Part shown: one piece after another, positions 8,822-16,993 of the stretch
Layout of the letters: every line of letters starts with the position of its first letter
How positions within the stretch are numbered: the stretch's first letter is position 1
DNA from: Myxococcota bacterium
Lineage (GTDB): Bacteria > Myxococcota > UBA4151
Direction: 5' to 3'
Assembly: GCA_040260805.1 (NCBI GenBank)
Contig: JBDQPD010000060.1
Coordinates: forward strand, 1-20,388
Length of the DNA stretch: 20,388 bases
Position numbers and translations under genes: made by a program
Notes under the pieces: generated by a model
Databases searched by the model: none
The model's input: only the letters and a program-made list of their open reading frames with translations
What the model was told of the DNA's origin: nothing

Positions 8822-9361
8822 GTGAACGAGCGCGCCAACCGCCTAGTCTGGATTGACTTGGAAATGACAGGCCTAGATCCGTCGATCAATGTGATTATCG
8901 AGATTGCTACCCTCGTGACCGACGGTGATCTCAATATTCTAGCTGAAGGGCCGGACCTGGTGGTCCATCAGCCCGAAGCAGAACTCGACAAAATGGACGC
9001 ATGGTGCGTCAAGCAGCACGGCGCATCCGGCCTGACCGAGCGGGTTCGAAAAAGCCAAGTCAGTCAAGCTCAAGCCGAGCAGGAAACGATCGAATTCCTA
9101 AAGGAATGGGTCGACCCCGGAAGTGCGCCTCTTGCAGGAAACTCCATCGGACAAGACCGCCGATTCATCAGGCAGTATATGACGGACCTCGATGAGTTTC
9201 TTCATTACCGACAGGTGGACGTGACCAGCTTTAAAGAGATGGCTCGCCGTTGGTATCCAGAGCTCACAGCCTGGCAAAAGCCGGACGGTCATCGGGCGAT
9301 GGAGGACATTCGCGCCTCGGTCGCCGAGCTCGCCTATTATCGAGATAAGATCTTTCGCTAG
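8822..9361 (+). CDS. orn: Oligoribonuclease
   Basis: LVWIDLEMTGLD, IIEIATLVTD, GNSIGQDRRF, HYRQVDV, HRAMEDIRASVAEL (DEDDh exonuclease). GTG start preceded by GGAGAG. Confidence 0.97.
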   Translation: MNERANRLVWIDLEMTGLDPSINVIIEIATLVTDGDLNILAEGPDLVVHQPEAELDKMDAWCVKQHGASGLTERVRKSQVSQAQAEQETIEFLKEWVDPGSAPLAGNSIGQDRRFIRQYMTDLDEFLHYRQVDVTSFKEMARRWYPELTAWQKPDGHRAMEDIRASVAELAYYRDKIFR

Positions 9362-9468
9362 TCGGTGGACTCAGTGTGCGCTGTGCGGCGCGCTGAGCCC
9401 TTGATTTCTAGTCGGCTGAATCGCTCCAGACGGGCTTAACCCACCGACCACCGCGACAAGTGGTGGAA

Positions 9469-9487
9469 AACCTCAGCGCATGAGGTT
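9469..9487. promoter_or_regulatory. Perfect inverted repeat AACCTCA-N5-TGAGGTT; candidate operator or leader hairpin
   Basis: 7-bp arms at 9469-9475 and 9481-9487, 30 nt upstream of the ATG at 9518 (RBS GGAG at 9507-9510). Confidence 0.35.
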
Positions 9488-9517
9488 AGGGGCGGGCGCT
9501 GTCCACGGAGAATTCGC

Positions 9518-11056
9518 ATGCGCCCAATCTTGATTTCGATGATTTTGGTCTTAAGTTCGACCGCCTCTGGCGACGAGCGCACCGAAGCACGCGTCGGTCC
9601 CACCACCCAAGCCACACCTGACCTTGCGGCCGCAACCGCAGATCAAGCGGCTGCTAAACCGAAGGTGCAGGCACAGACAGGCTGGATTTTTCCAGGGTCA
9701 TGGTCGGGCGCCTACGAGGCGGATTCGGGCGTCAAAGTGGGTCCCGACACGACGCGCTTTCACGATGCGCTTCGACAACGTTTCATCGCCGGCGCAGCCT
9801 ACACCGGGCGTTTGCTCAAGGCGAACCTTAGCTTATCGATCTACGCCTACGATGGCGTATCGAGCGTTGATGCGGATCAAAGCTTCACCCGGCCGATCGA
9901 TCTAAATCAGGCTTTTATCGAGTACCGCTCACCGGTCGGCTTGTGGCGAGCAGGGGTGACCCAATCGCGCTGGGGCTTAGGTCTCGTTGCGGGCGGGCGC
10001 TCTGCCTATTCATCGCTGACGCACGACTTTCACTTTGCGACCCCATCAGACATGCCCGCAGGGCTAACCTATGGGCTCAAGCTCGGTGCCTGGACGCTCG
10101 GCCTGAGCGGCGCTTTTGTGCTGCGTGATGAAAACGCTGACCTGCTTGAGGGGGATCGGGCGCAACAAGGTGTGGTTGTGCTTCGCTATCAACCCAACAC
10201 AGCCAACTGGTTAGGGGTCTACAGCGCGTACCGGCGTCAACGAGACGCTGACGACAGCACCCTGACCGCTTTGCTTGTCGATCTAGCCGGTGCCACCGAG
10301 CTACCGATCGGTGCCTCCGACCGTTTACGGCTCGCCTTCGAAGCCGCCTACCTTCAAGGCGATACCGACCGCTCACTCAGTGAGGCTGCTTTTGCAGCGG
10401 ATCAAGACCTGATGACGCTTCAAGCCTTTGGCGGCGCTGCCGTCGCAGGCTTTGAAACGATGAACCGACGCTTAGCGATCGAATTGGAAGCCGGTTACGC
10501 CAGCGCCGATCGAAACGCTGAGGACAGCCAGCTGACTCGTTTTACCTTCGACGACAATTATGGCGTGGGTATGATCTTAGTGCGCGGCTTGCTCAGGCAC
10601 AGTCACGAGCTGGCGGTCGAGCGATCATCGGACCCGAACCGAGTAGGGCAGCCACAGCGTGGTCTAGACCGCCTCAAAACCCAGGGTCGTTTAGCCGGTG
10701 TCACCTACGCGAATTTACGCAGCAGCTATCGAATCAAGAGCGGGAAAATGGCGACGGGGCTCCATGTTGGCGCCGTGATCGCCGCCTTACCTCAAGGCAG
10801 CGCCGACCCTTACCAAAGCTTTCGGCAAGGCAGCCCAGTTAACGCTTTTGGTCAAGAAAGCGCCTCGGACTTAGGGCTCGAACTCAACACCGGCATCACC
10901 TGGAGTGCGCGCCTTCAAAGACGCTATGCGCTTCGGCTAAGTCTCGAAGGAGCAGCCGCACAGCCCGGCGCTGCGATCCGTGGCGCAGAGTCATCGACGA
11001 TCGTGATGGTGCGTACCGGATTTACTCTAAGGGCTCTTGAAAAGGAGATGAACTAA
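9518..11056 (+). CDS. Putative outer-membrane beta-barrel/porin (alginate-export-like or myxobacterial TIGR04551-like resemblance), 512 aa
   Basis: Signal peptide MRPILISMILVLSSTASG and an Ala/Thr/Pro-rich linker, then many amphipathic strands (IDLNQAFIEY, LWRAG, LRLAFEAAYLQG, IELEAGYASAD, LGLELNTGITW). SRWGLGLVA and FTFDDNYGVGMIL resemble motifs I recall from alginate-export-like barrels. Lacks a terminal Phe (ends GFTLRALEKEMN). Confidence 0.6.
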   Translation: MRPILISMILVLSSTASGDERTEARVGPTTQATPDLAAATADQAAAKPKVQAQTGWIFPGSWSGAYEADSGVKVGPDTTRFHDALRQRFIAGAAYTGRLLKANLSLSIYAYDGVSSVDADQSFTRPIDLNQAFIEYRSPVGLWRAGVTQSRWGLGLVAGGRSAYSSLTHDFHFATPSDMPAGLTYGLKLGAWTLGLSGAFVLRDENADLLEGDRAQQGVVVLRYQPNTANWLGVYSAYRRQRDADDSTLTALLVDLAGATELPIGASDRLRLAFEAAYLQGDTDRSLSEAAFAADQDLMTLQAFGGAAVAGFETMNRRLAIELEAGYASADRNAEDSQLTRFTFDDNYGVGMILVRGLLRHSHELAVERSSDPNRVGQPQRGLDRLKTQGRLAGVTYANLRSSYRIKSGKMATGLHVGAVIAALPQGSADPYQSFRQGSPVNAFGQESASDLGLELNTGITWSARLQRRYALRLSLEGAAAQPGAAIRGAESSTIVMVRTGFTLRALEKEMN

Positions 11057-14000
11057 TGCGTCGCTTTCTCCCTATTATCTGGCTTGCTGCGTGCAACCCA
11101 TCGATCAACCCTGAGGTGCTCGCCGAGCGCCCAGAACAAGGCGCGGGTCCAACCATCATCTTTGACCTCGACGCACGGCCGCTACCCGAGATCCCCTTCC
11201 CCAACGATCTCGCCACGCGCCTGGACCCCTCGAGTCCTACCGGGCGCTATTTGAATGTCTCCGAGGTGGCGAGCACGAGCATGGAGTATGAGCTGCGCTC
11301 ACGCGCCAACACGCTCGACGGCTTTGGCACCTACAGCCCGATCAATGTACGATTCGATCAGCCGATCGATCTGTGCTCGATCGCCCAAGCGCATCACGCT
11401 GACGACCTGGTGACCAACGACGCCATCTATGTCGTCGATGTCGAGTCAGGCGAAGCGGTCGCCTTGGATCTTAACCGCGGCTTCTTCCCCTACTTGCTCC
11501 CCGGCAACGGAAACTCAGACACACCGAGCCGGCCCCGACCTCGCTATTACGCCAACGACTCGCGTGCGAGTTCAAGCACCCTGATCTTCGATGACCATCC
11601 AGAGGACACCAACAATAATGGCGTCCTCGATCCGGGCGAAGACACCGACCAAGATGGCATCTTGGACGGCCCAGAGCGCCAAGCGCTTCCAGCCTGCTCC
11701 GTCGCCTGGCGGTATGTTGAAAACACGCTCTGGGAAGCGGACTCCAACACGCTTCAGATCCGTCCGATCCGCCCTCTTTTACCCGGACGCACCTACGCGG
11801 TCATCCTCAGCGACCGACTCCAAGACGCAAGCGGTGAGCCGATCCGCTCGCCCTTCGCAGGCGTCAACCACCCCCGGCAAACCGCAGCGCTGAAGAAGCT
11901 GGTTCCCCACCTCGACGGCTTAGGCGTCGGCGTGGACTCCATTGCCTTTGCCTGGACCTTCACCACGAGCACCGCAAGTCAGGACCTCTTTGCGATTCGA
12001 GCAGGGATGTATGGGTACGGAAGCCTCGGCTGGTTAAGCGAGCAATACCCTGCCGAGTGGCAAAGCCTGCATCGACTTATCGACGCTGACGACCCGGACC
12101 TTGAGTCCGACTCGCCGATTCACCTGATGACCGGCGATCGGCTGGCGTCACTGTTAGCGCAGATCGGTCCTGAGACCGGTTTGATTGAGGACGACTCCGG
12201 CGCGCGCAGCTTGCTCAACTCGATTCGAAATCTAAACTACCTGATCTCAGGGACCTTTATCGCGCCGAACTTTATGGTCGACCGCGACGAGCTCGCCGGA
12301 CGAGGTTGCGCAGACCATCAGGGCGCACCGGCGACGGGCGAATGCGCCTATCCAGACGACGAAGACGAGATCTTCGACATCGATCGCACCCGAGGAACCG
12401 CCGTGGTCGGCGAGGGGCGGGTCACCTTCTGGTGCGCTATTCCCAAAGACCAATACCGGCCTGTCGATGGTCAACCCTTCCCCGTGTCTTTGTACGGTCA
12501 TGGCTACACCTCGACGCGCTTTGAGATGCTTGGATTTGCTGGGTTCCACGCCCGCATGGGTATCGCCACGTGCTCACTCGATAGTTTTGCCCACGGCTTA
12601 GCGGTCCCCGCCGAGCTCCAAGGCGTTGTGGATAGCATCGCAGGGGGTTATTACGGACGCGGCTTGGTCGCCGCGCTGATGGACGGTCGCGCACGTGACC
12701 TCAACAACGACGGCACCGTCGACTCAGGCGGCGACTTTTGGACGGCTGATACCTTCCACACGCGCGACGCCGTGCGGCAAACGGTCAGCGACTGGATGGC
12801 CTTTATCCGGGTGCTCCGAAGCTTCGATGGTCAGCGCCAATGGGACCTCGGCTTGATCGGCGCTGACGGCGCTAATCTGTCCGGCGTCGCGGGCGACTTG
12901 GACGGTGATGGCCGTGTCGATCTAGGCGGTCACAACACCCAATATTTCGGCTGGGGTCAAAGCCTCGGCGGCATCGTCTCAGGCGTGGCAGCCGGAGTGG
13001 AGAGCTCGCTGACAGCGGCCGCTCCAATCGCTGGCGCTGCCGGATTGCTCGATGTGGGCGTTCGCTCGGTTCAAGGTGGGGTCAAAGAAGGTGTCCACTT
13101 GCGCTTTATGGGCTTGATGGTGACCGCCTCGCCGCATGGCTCGAAAACTCGCCTGAGTTTTGTAGCCTCGAACATCAACGACGACGCCACCGTCCCAATT
13201 GGCGAGATTGATGCCCTGCGAGCGGGCGATAAAATCCAAGTCGAAAACCATCGAAACGGCGAGGTGCGAGCGATCACAGCGCGTCCAACAGGTGAGCATG
13301 CTGTGGTGCGATTGCACATCCCAGCCAATGCGATGCGCGGCGTCGAAAAGGCGAGACTCGCTGACCTTTATCCAGGCTCAGATGGCCTGATCGTGCCGCG
13401 TGAGATCGACCCGAGCTGGATTGAAAAAGAGGGCTTAGGTGACCCGCTCACGATCACCATCACTCGCGTCGACGGGACCGTTGAGACGGTCGACACGTTC
13501 GGTGCGCTCACTGATAACGAAGGCAACGCGAGCCGAGAGATCCCCTTGTTTCAAGGCCTTTACTTGGTCCCTGGAACGCCACTGCACGCCGTCGCTTTTG
13601 GGGTCGGCAAATACCGCTCGACTCCGGACTACCGACGCTTTGTGGCGATTGCGGCGACGGTTCTTGAAGCGGGTGACCCCGTCAGCTTTGCTCGCTACTA
13701 CTCTGAATCACCCTTCAACGTTGACGCCTACGACCCCGACGCCATCCCGGGAACAGCCACCCTCGTGGTTCCAACCGTCGGTGACATGAACGTCCCGGTA
13801 AACACCGGCGTCGCCATGGCGACTGCGGCGCATATCATCTCGCTGACCGAAGCCGAAAACCCGTCGGCTTATGCCCACTACGGACGAAGCCAAGGTCAAG
13901 CGCTCGCCGACGCCTTTGCGCTTGAGGGCGTCACCCGAATGCGTCGATGGACCGTGGGCGAGCCAGGGAACCGCCCGGTCTGGACTGCGGAGACGAACCC

Positions 14001-14586
14001 GAACGGCATCCAATTTGATCCGGACGATATGGATCAAAGCACGGACGCCTGGAACGAGCCTGGGTTTGCAGAGCTTGGCGCCTTGTGCGCGGCGGGCTCT
14101 GATCACTTGAGCTGTCGCTATCCATGGGCCTGCGGAGGCGAGACGCCTTGCCAGCCGCTCAAAGCTCAGAAGGCATTAGATGATGGTCGCATCAGCGCCT
14201 TGCGGATGCCGGTCGTCTCGCCAACGGGCGACCATGGCTTCTTGTATCCAGACCCCGACGCTCGCTTGTCGGGTGGTTATGATATCGACGGTCACATGGT
14301 CAACTTAGTCGGCTGGTTCTTTCGCAGCGGCGGCCGTGAGCTACCTCAAGAGCTGTGTATGAATGTACACCCTGCGACCGTGATTCCGACCTGCGTCGAC
14401 GAGGTCTGCACGCCCGGGCCCGCCGCCGGTGATGCGGCAGCCTGTGTCAGCGATGAAGACTGTGCTACGCTGTATGCGCTGGGCGTCCCTCATCCTGAGG
14501 ACCCGGCTTATGCAGAACGCGACCTCGCCGACCCCAGCGATGCCGATCGTCACGTCTGCGCTTGGATTGAGGAGTTGGGTGAATGA
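11056..14586 (+). CDS. Large lipoprotein alpha/beta-hydrolase, extracellular lipase (Pla-1/cef)-like, 1176 aa
   Basis: Lipobox LAAC (Cys13). IPFPNDL and DGFGT in the N-domain resemble bacterial lipase N-terminal domains. Oxyanion-like YGHG; nucleophile elbow GQSLG (12955-12969, Ser636); candidate Asp910 (VGDMNVP) and His1060 (GDHGF). Four Dx[DN]x[DN]G loops and a Cys-rich C-terminus. Coupled to the upstream gene by TAATG with an AAGGAG RBS. Confidence 0.75.
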   Translation: MRRFLPIIWLAACNPSINPEVLAERPEQGAGPTIIFDLDARPLPEIPFPNDLATRLDPSSPTGRYLNVSEVASTSMEYELRSRANTLDGFGTYSPINVRFDQPIDLCSIAQAHHADDLVTNDAIYVVDVESGEAVALDLNRGFFPYLLPGNGNSDTPSRPRPRYYANDSRASSSTLIFDDHPEDTNNNGVLDPGEDTDQDGILDGPERQALPACSVAWRYVENTLWEADSNTLQIRPIRPLLPGRTYAVILSDRLQDASGEPIRSPFAGVNHPRQTAALKKLVPHLDGLGVGVDSIAFAWTFTTSTASQDLFAIRAGMYGYGSLGWLSEQYPAEWQSLHRLIDADDPDLESDSPIHLMTGDRLASLLAQIGPETGLIEDDSGARSLLNSIRNLNYLISGTFIAPNFMVDRDELAGRGCADHQGAPATGECAYPDDEDEIFDIDRTRGTAVVGEGRVTFWCAIPKDQYRPVDGQPFPVSLYGHGYTSTRFEMLGFAGFHARMGIATCSLDSFAHGLAVPAELQGVVDSIAGGYYGRGLVAALMDGRARDLNNDGTVDSGGDFWTADTFHTRDAVRQTVSDWMAFIRVLRSFDGQRQWDLGLIGADGANLSGVAGDLDGDGRVDLGGHNTQYFGWGQSLGGIVSGVAAGVESSLTAAAPIAGAAGLLDVGVRSVQGGVKEGVHLRFMGLMVTASPHGSKTRLSFVASNINDDATVPIGEIDALRAGDKIQVENHRNGEVRAITARPTGEHAVVRLHIPANAMRGVEKARLADLYPGSDGLIVPREIDPSWIEKEGLGDPLTITITRVDGTVETVDTFGALTDNEGNASREIPLFQGLYLVPGTPLHAVAFGVGKYRSTPDYRRFVAIAATVLEAGDPVSFARYYSESPFNVDAYDPDAIPGTATLVVPTVGDMNVPVNTGVAMATAAHIISLTEAENPSAYAHYGRSQGQALADAFALEGVTRMRRWTVGEPGNRPVWTAETNPNGIQFDPDDMDQSTDAWNEPGFAELGALCAAGSDHLSCRYPWACGGETPCQPLKAQKALDDGRISALRMPVVSPTGDHGFLYPDPDARLSGGYDIDGHMVNLVGWFFRSGGRELPQELCMNVHPATVIPTCVDEVCTPGPAAGDAAACVSDEDCATLYALGVPHPEDPAYAERDLADPSDADRHVCAWIEELGE

Positions 14587-15338
14587 TCTTCGCAACGCTG
14601 CTGATCGCGTCCGTGGCGTGCAACTCGCATTGGCCTGAAGAAGACGGCAGCCGAGGCCCGCGAAACGCTGTCCTTTGGGCAACGCAAGACAGCACAACGG
14701 ACAGCTTAACGCTGCAACACTCCGAGCAAAATGATCGGTCGGTGATCCTTCAAGCGATCGCCGGTCGAACCATGACTCGCAGCGGTCAAACCTGGCAGGC
14801 TTTTGGAACCGACGAGCTGATCGACCCTGGATGCTACCTTTCAACAATGGGCCGGTTGGGTGACACCTGTTTTGGCGACATGATCGATGATGAGGAGCCG
14901 ATCGAACCAGGGCTCGAGGCGTCGATCTCGGTACCGACTTACGGCTCTCCTAGCGCCTCTGGGCGATCCTTCTTTGATATCGCTGAACCGCCCAGATTAA
15001 GCTGCACTGGCGGCGGCGACGGCAACGGCAACCTGCGCATCAAAGTTCAAGCCGACGAGACAGGGCCGCTGATTGCGCTGGTGTCGGTCAAAGCGAATGG
15101 TCAGACCTTGCGCGAAGAGGGTGTCTTCCTCAACGGTTCGGCGGTGATCAATCTTCAGATCCCGGATCAATTGGACGTGACCGTCGAGGCGCGACTGATG
15201 GATCGAGCCGGACAGGTTGGCGAAGCCGAAACCGTTGAGGTGATCGCCCCTGCATCGGGTTGCAGCCACAGCGCGCTCAGCGCGTTGATCTTACTCGGCT
15301 TGGTGGGCTTGAGACGTCGTCAACCCATCGAGGGCTAA
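14583..15338 (+). CDS. Secreted/surface protein with MYXO-CTERM-like sorting tail (paralog A), 251 aa
   Basis: ATGA overlap with the upstream stop. N-terminal hydrophobic stretch ending VAC. Ig/Fn3-like C-domain (VTVEARLMDRAGQ). Tail SGCSHSALSALILLGLVGLRRRQ = GC + transmembrane helix + basic cluster. Confidence 0.75.
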   Translation: MIFATLLIASVACNSHWPEEDGSRGPRNAVLWATQDSTTDSLTLQHSEQNDRSVILQAIAGRTMTRSGQTWQAFGTDELIDPGCYLSTMGRLGDTCFGDMIDDEEPIEPGLEASISVPTYGSPSASGRSFFDIAEPPRLSCTGGGDGNGNLRIKVQADETGPLIALVSVKANGQTLREEGVFLNGSAVINLQIPDQLDVTVEARLMDRAGQVGEAETVEVIAPASGCSHSALSALILLGLVGLRRRQPIEG

Positions 15339-15341
15339 GCG

Positions 15342-16085
15342 ATGATCGCTGCGGGACTAACCTTATCGATGATGCTGCAATGCCCCATGGCGTGGCCGAA
15401 CTCGGCAGAGCACCAAGCGGCTGCCCCCGCCAACGCCGTCATCTGGGTGATTGAAAGCCAAGCCGGCGAACAACTCGAACTCCAGCCCAGCGAAAACCGG
15501 CAAGAGCGGGTCCGCTTTGACGCCGACCAAGACCTGCGCATCCACGGGGTCGGCTGGATCGGATTTTCGAGCCGTGAGCCCCTTGAGCAGGGCTGCTATG
15601 AACTCGGGAATTTGCCGATGACCTCGATGTGTGCGGATTCAGCAACCGACGACGAAGCGCCAAACCGACCTATTGTTCACGCCGAGATGGCGCCGCGCAG
15701 CTACGGAACTGGAGACAATGGTAGCGACGGTGAGGACCTACCGGCGATCTTCAACTGCCCGACCCAACCCCCTTTCTCGTTCGGCAATATGACGCTGAAC
15801 ATCGAAACCGATGAGCCGGGACCGGTGATCGCTGTCTACTCCGTCAAGTCAGGCGATCAGTTGATCCTCGAGGATGCGCTGTTCCTGCAAACGAGCGCGC
15901 AGATCCGGCGGCAAGTTCCCGACCAAGGCGAGCTCACGGTTGAGGTTCGAATTATGGATCAAGCCGGACAGACAAGCGCAGCCACCGCGGTCACCCCTGA
16001 GCGCACTGAAGGTGGATGTTACCATCTCCCACCGAGCCTTTGGCTGCTCGGCGGTCTATGGGGTTTGAGAAGACGAAGGGTCTAG
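15342..16085 (+). CDS. Secreted/surface protein with MYXO-CTERM-like sorting tail (paralog B), 247 aa
   Basis: Starts 3 nt after paralog A and is collinear with it (PANAVIW, QGCY, DDEAP, LTVEVRIMDQAGQ). Tail GGCYHLPPSLWLLGGLWGLRRRRV. Confidence 0.75.
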   Translation: MIAAGLTLSMMLQCPMAWPNSAEHQAAAPANAVIWVIESQAGEQLELQPSENRQERVRFDADQDLRIHGVGWIGFSSREPLEQGCYELGNLPMTSMCADSATDDEAPNRPIVHAEMAPRSYGTGDNGSDGEDLPAIFNCPTQPPFSFGNMTLNIETDEPGPVIAVYSVKSGDQLILEDALFLQTSAQIRRQVPDQGELTVEVRIMDQAGQTSAATAVTPERTEGGCYHLPPSLWLLGGLWGLRRRRV

Positions 16086-16988
16086 CTCGACCTCGATGCC
16101 TTGTCGCTTGGGCGGAGGCGACCAAGGTCGAACCGACTCATCGCGACCAGCCCATACCTTCATCACATCCAGGTCGTGCAGATGCGTGGGGCGAACATTC
16201 GCTAACGCGGCGGCCATGTTCCCGGGAACTTTCTCGTTTTCATCGCTCAGCGCCTGAATCAATTGTTTGACCCGGACGCGCTTGAGACCCTCTTGAGAGC
16301 CGCACAGATTGCAGGGTAAAATCGGAAACGCCATGAGCTCAGCGTAGCGACGCAAATCCGCTTCTGCGATCCCCATCATCGGACGAATGACGACGTTTGC
16401 GCCGTCGTCACTGTTCAGCCGAACGGGCATCGCTTTGAGCTGGCCTGAGTAGAAAAGGTTGAGCAGTAAGGTCTCATTTGCATCATCACGATGGTGACCC
16501 AAAGCGATGGTCTTGCAACGAAGCTCCTTCGCTACTCGGTACAAAATACCGCGCCGTAGTCGGCTGCATAAACTGCAATAGGTTCGGCCTTCATCAATCT
16601 TTTCGCTGACCACTGAATACGTGTCTTGGCGAATGATCTCGTACGCAAAACCTTGCTGCTCGAGCCACAACCTCAATGGTTCCCCATCGTAGCCCGGCTG
16701 GACCTGGTCTAAGTGGACCGCAAGCAACTCAAAGCTAAACGGCACCTTGTCGCTAAAACGCTCAAGTAAGCACAACAAAGCGTAGCTGTCTTTGCCTCCG
16801 CTAAGCGCCACCATGATGCGATCACCGGCGTCAACGAGTTGGTATTCTCGAATGGTGGCCCCAAGCTTACGCACCAACTTCTTTTCGAGCCGGTGAAGCT
16901 CGACTTGCTCGGCACGGGTCAACCCCCGAACCGTTTGACCTAAAGGCGCGTCGCTCCGACGATCACCTTGAGCAATTGCGCGCTGCAT
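16056..16988 (-). CDS. ttcA: tRNA 2-thiocytidine(32) synthetase
   Basis: PP-loop ALSGGKDS, HLDQVQPG, TYCSLCSRLRRGILY, IALGHHRDD, VIRP, ILPCNLCGSQ (two CxxC motifs). Confidence 0.95.
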   Translation of the reverse strand: MQRAIAQGDRRSDAPLGQTVRGLTRAEQVELHRLEKKLVRKLGATIREYQLVDAGDRIMVALSGGKDSYALLCLLERFSDKVPFSFELLAVHLDQVQPGYDGEPLRLWLEQQGFAYEIIRQDTYSVVSEKIDEGRTYCSLCSRLRRGILYRVAKELRCKTIALGHHRDDANETLLLNLFYSGQLKAMPVRLNSDDGANVVIRPMMGIAEADLRRYAELMAFPILPCNLCGSQEGLKRVRVKQLIQALSDENEKVPGNMAAALANVRPTHLHDLDVMKVWAGRDESVRPWSPPPKRQGIEVELDPSSSQTP

Positions 16989-16993
16989 GAGGT

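Noticed and set aside
4837..9292. Alternative ORFs overlapping gcvH, gcvT, SDR, pepD and orn (e.g. 4837..5292, 5246..5875)
   Set aside because: Shadow ORFs typical of GC-rich DNA overlapping well-supported genes.
9460..9480. GGAAAACCTCAG resembling the 3' part of a glycine aptamer
   Set aside because: The upstream GGAGA and CCGAAG elements are absent and the gene context does not fit.
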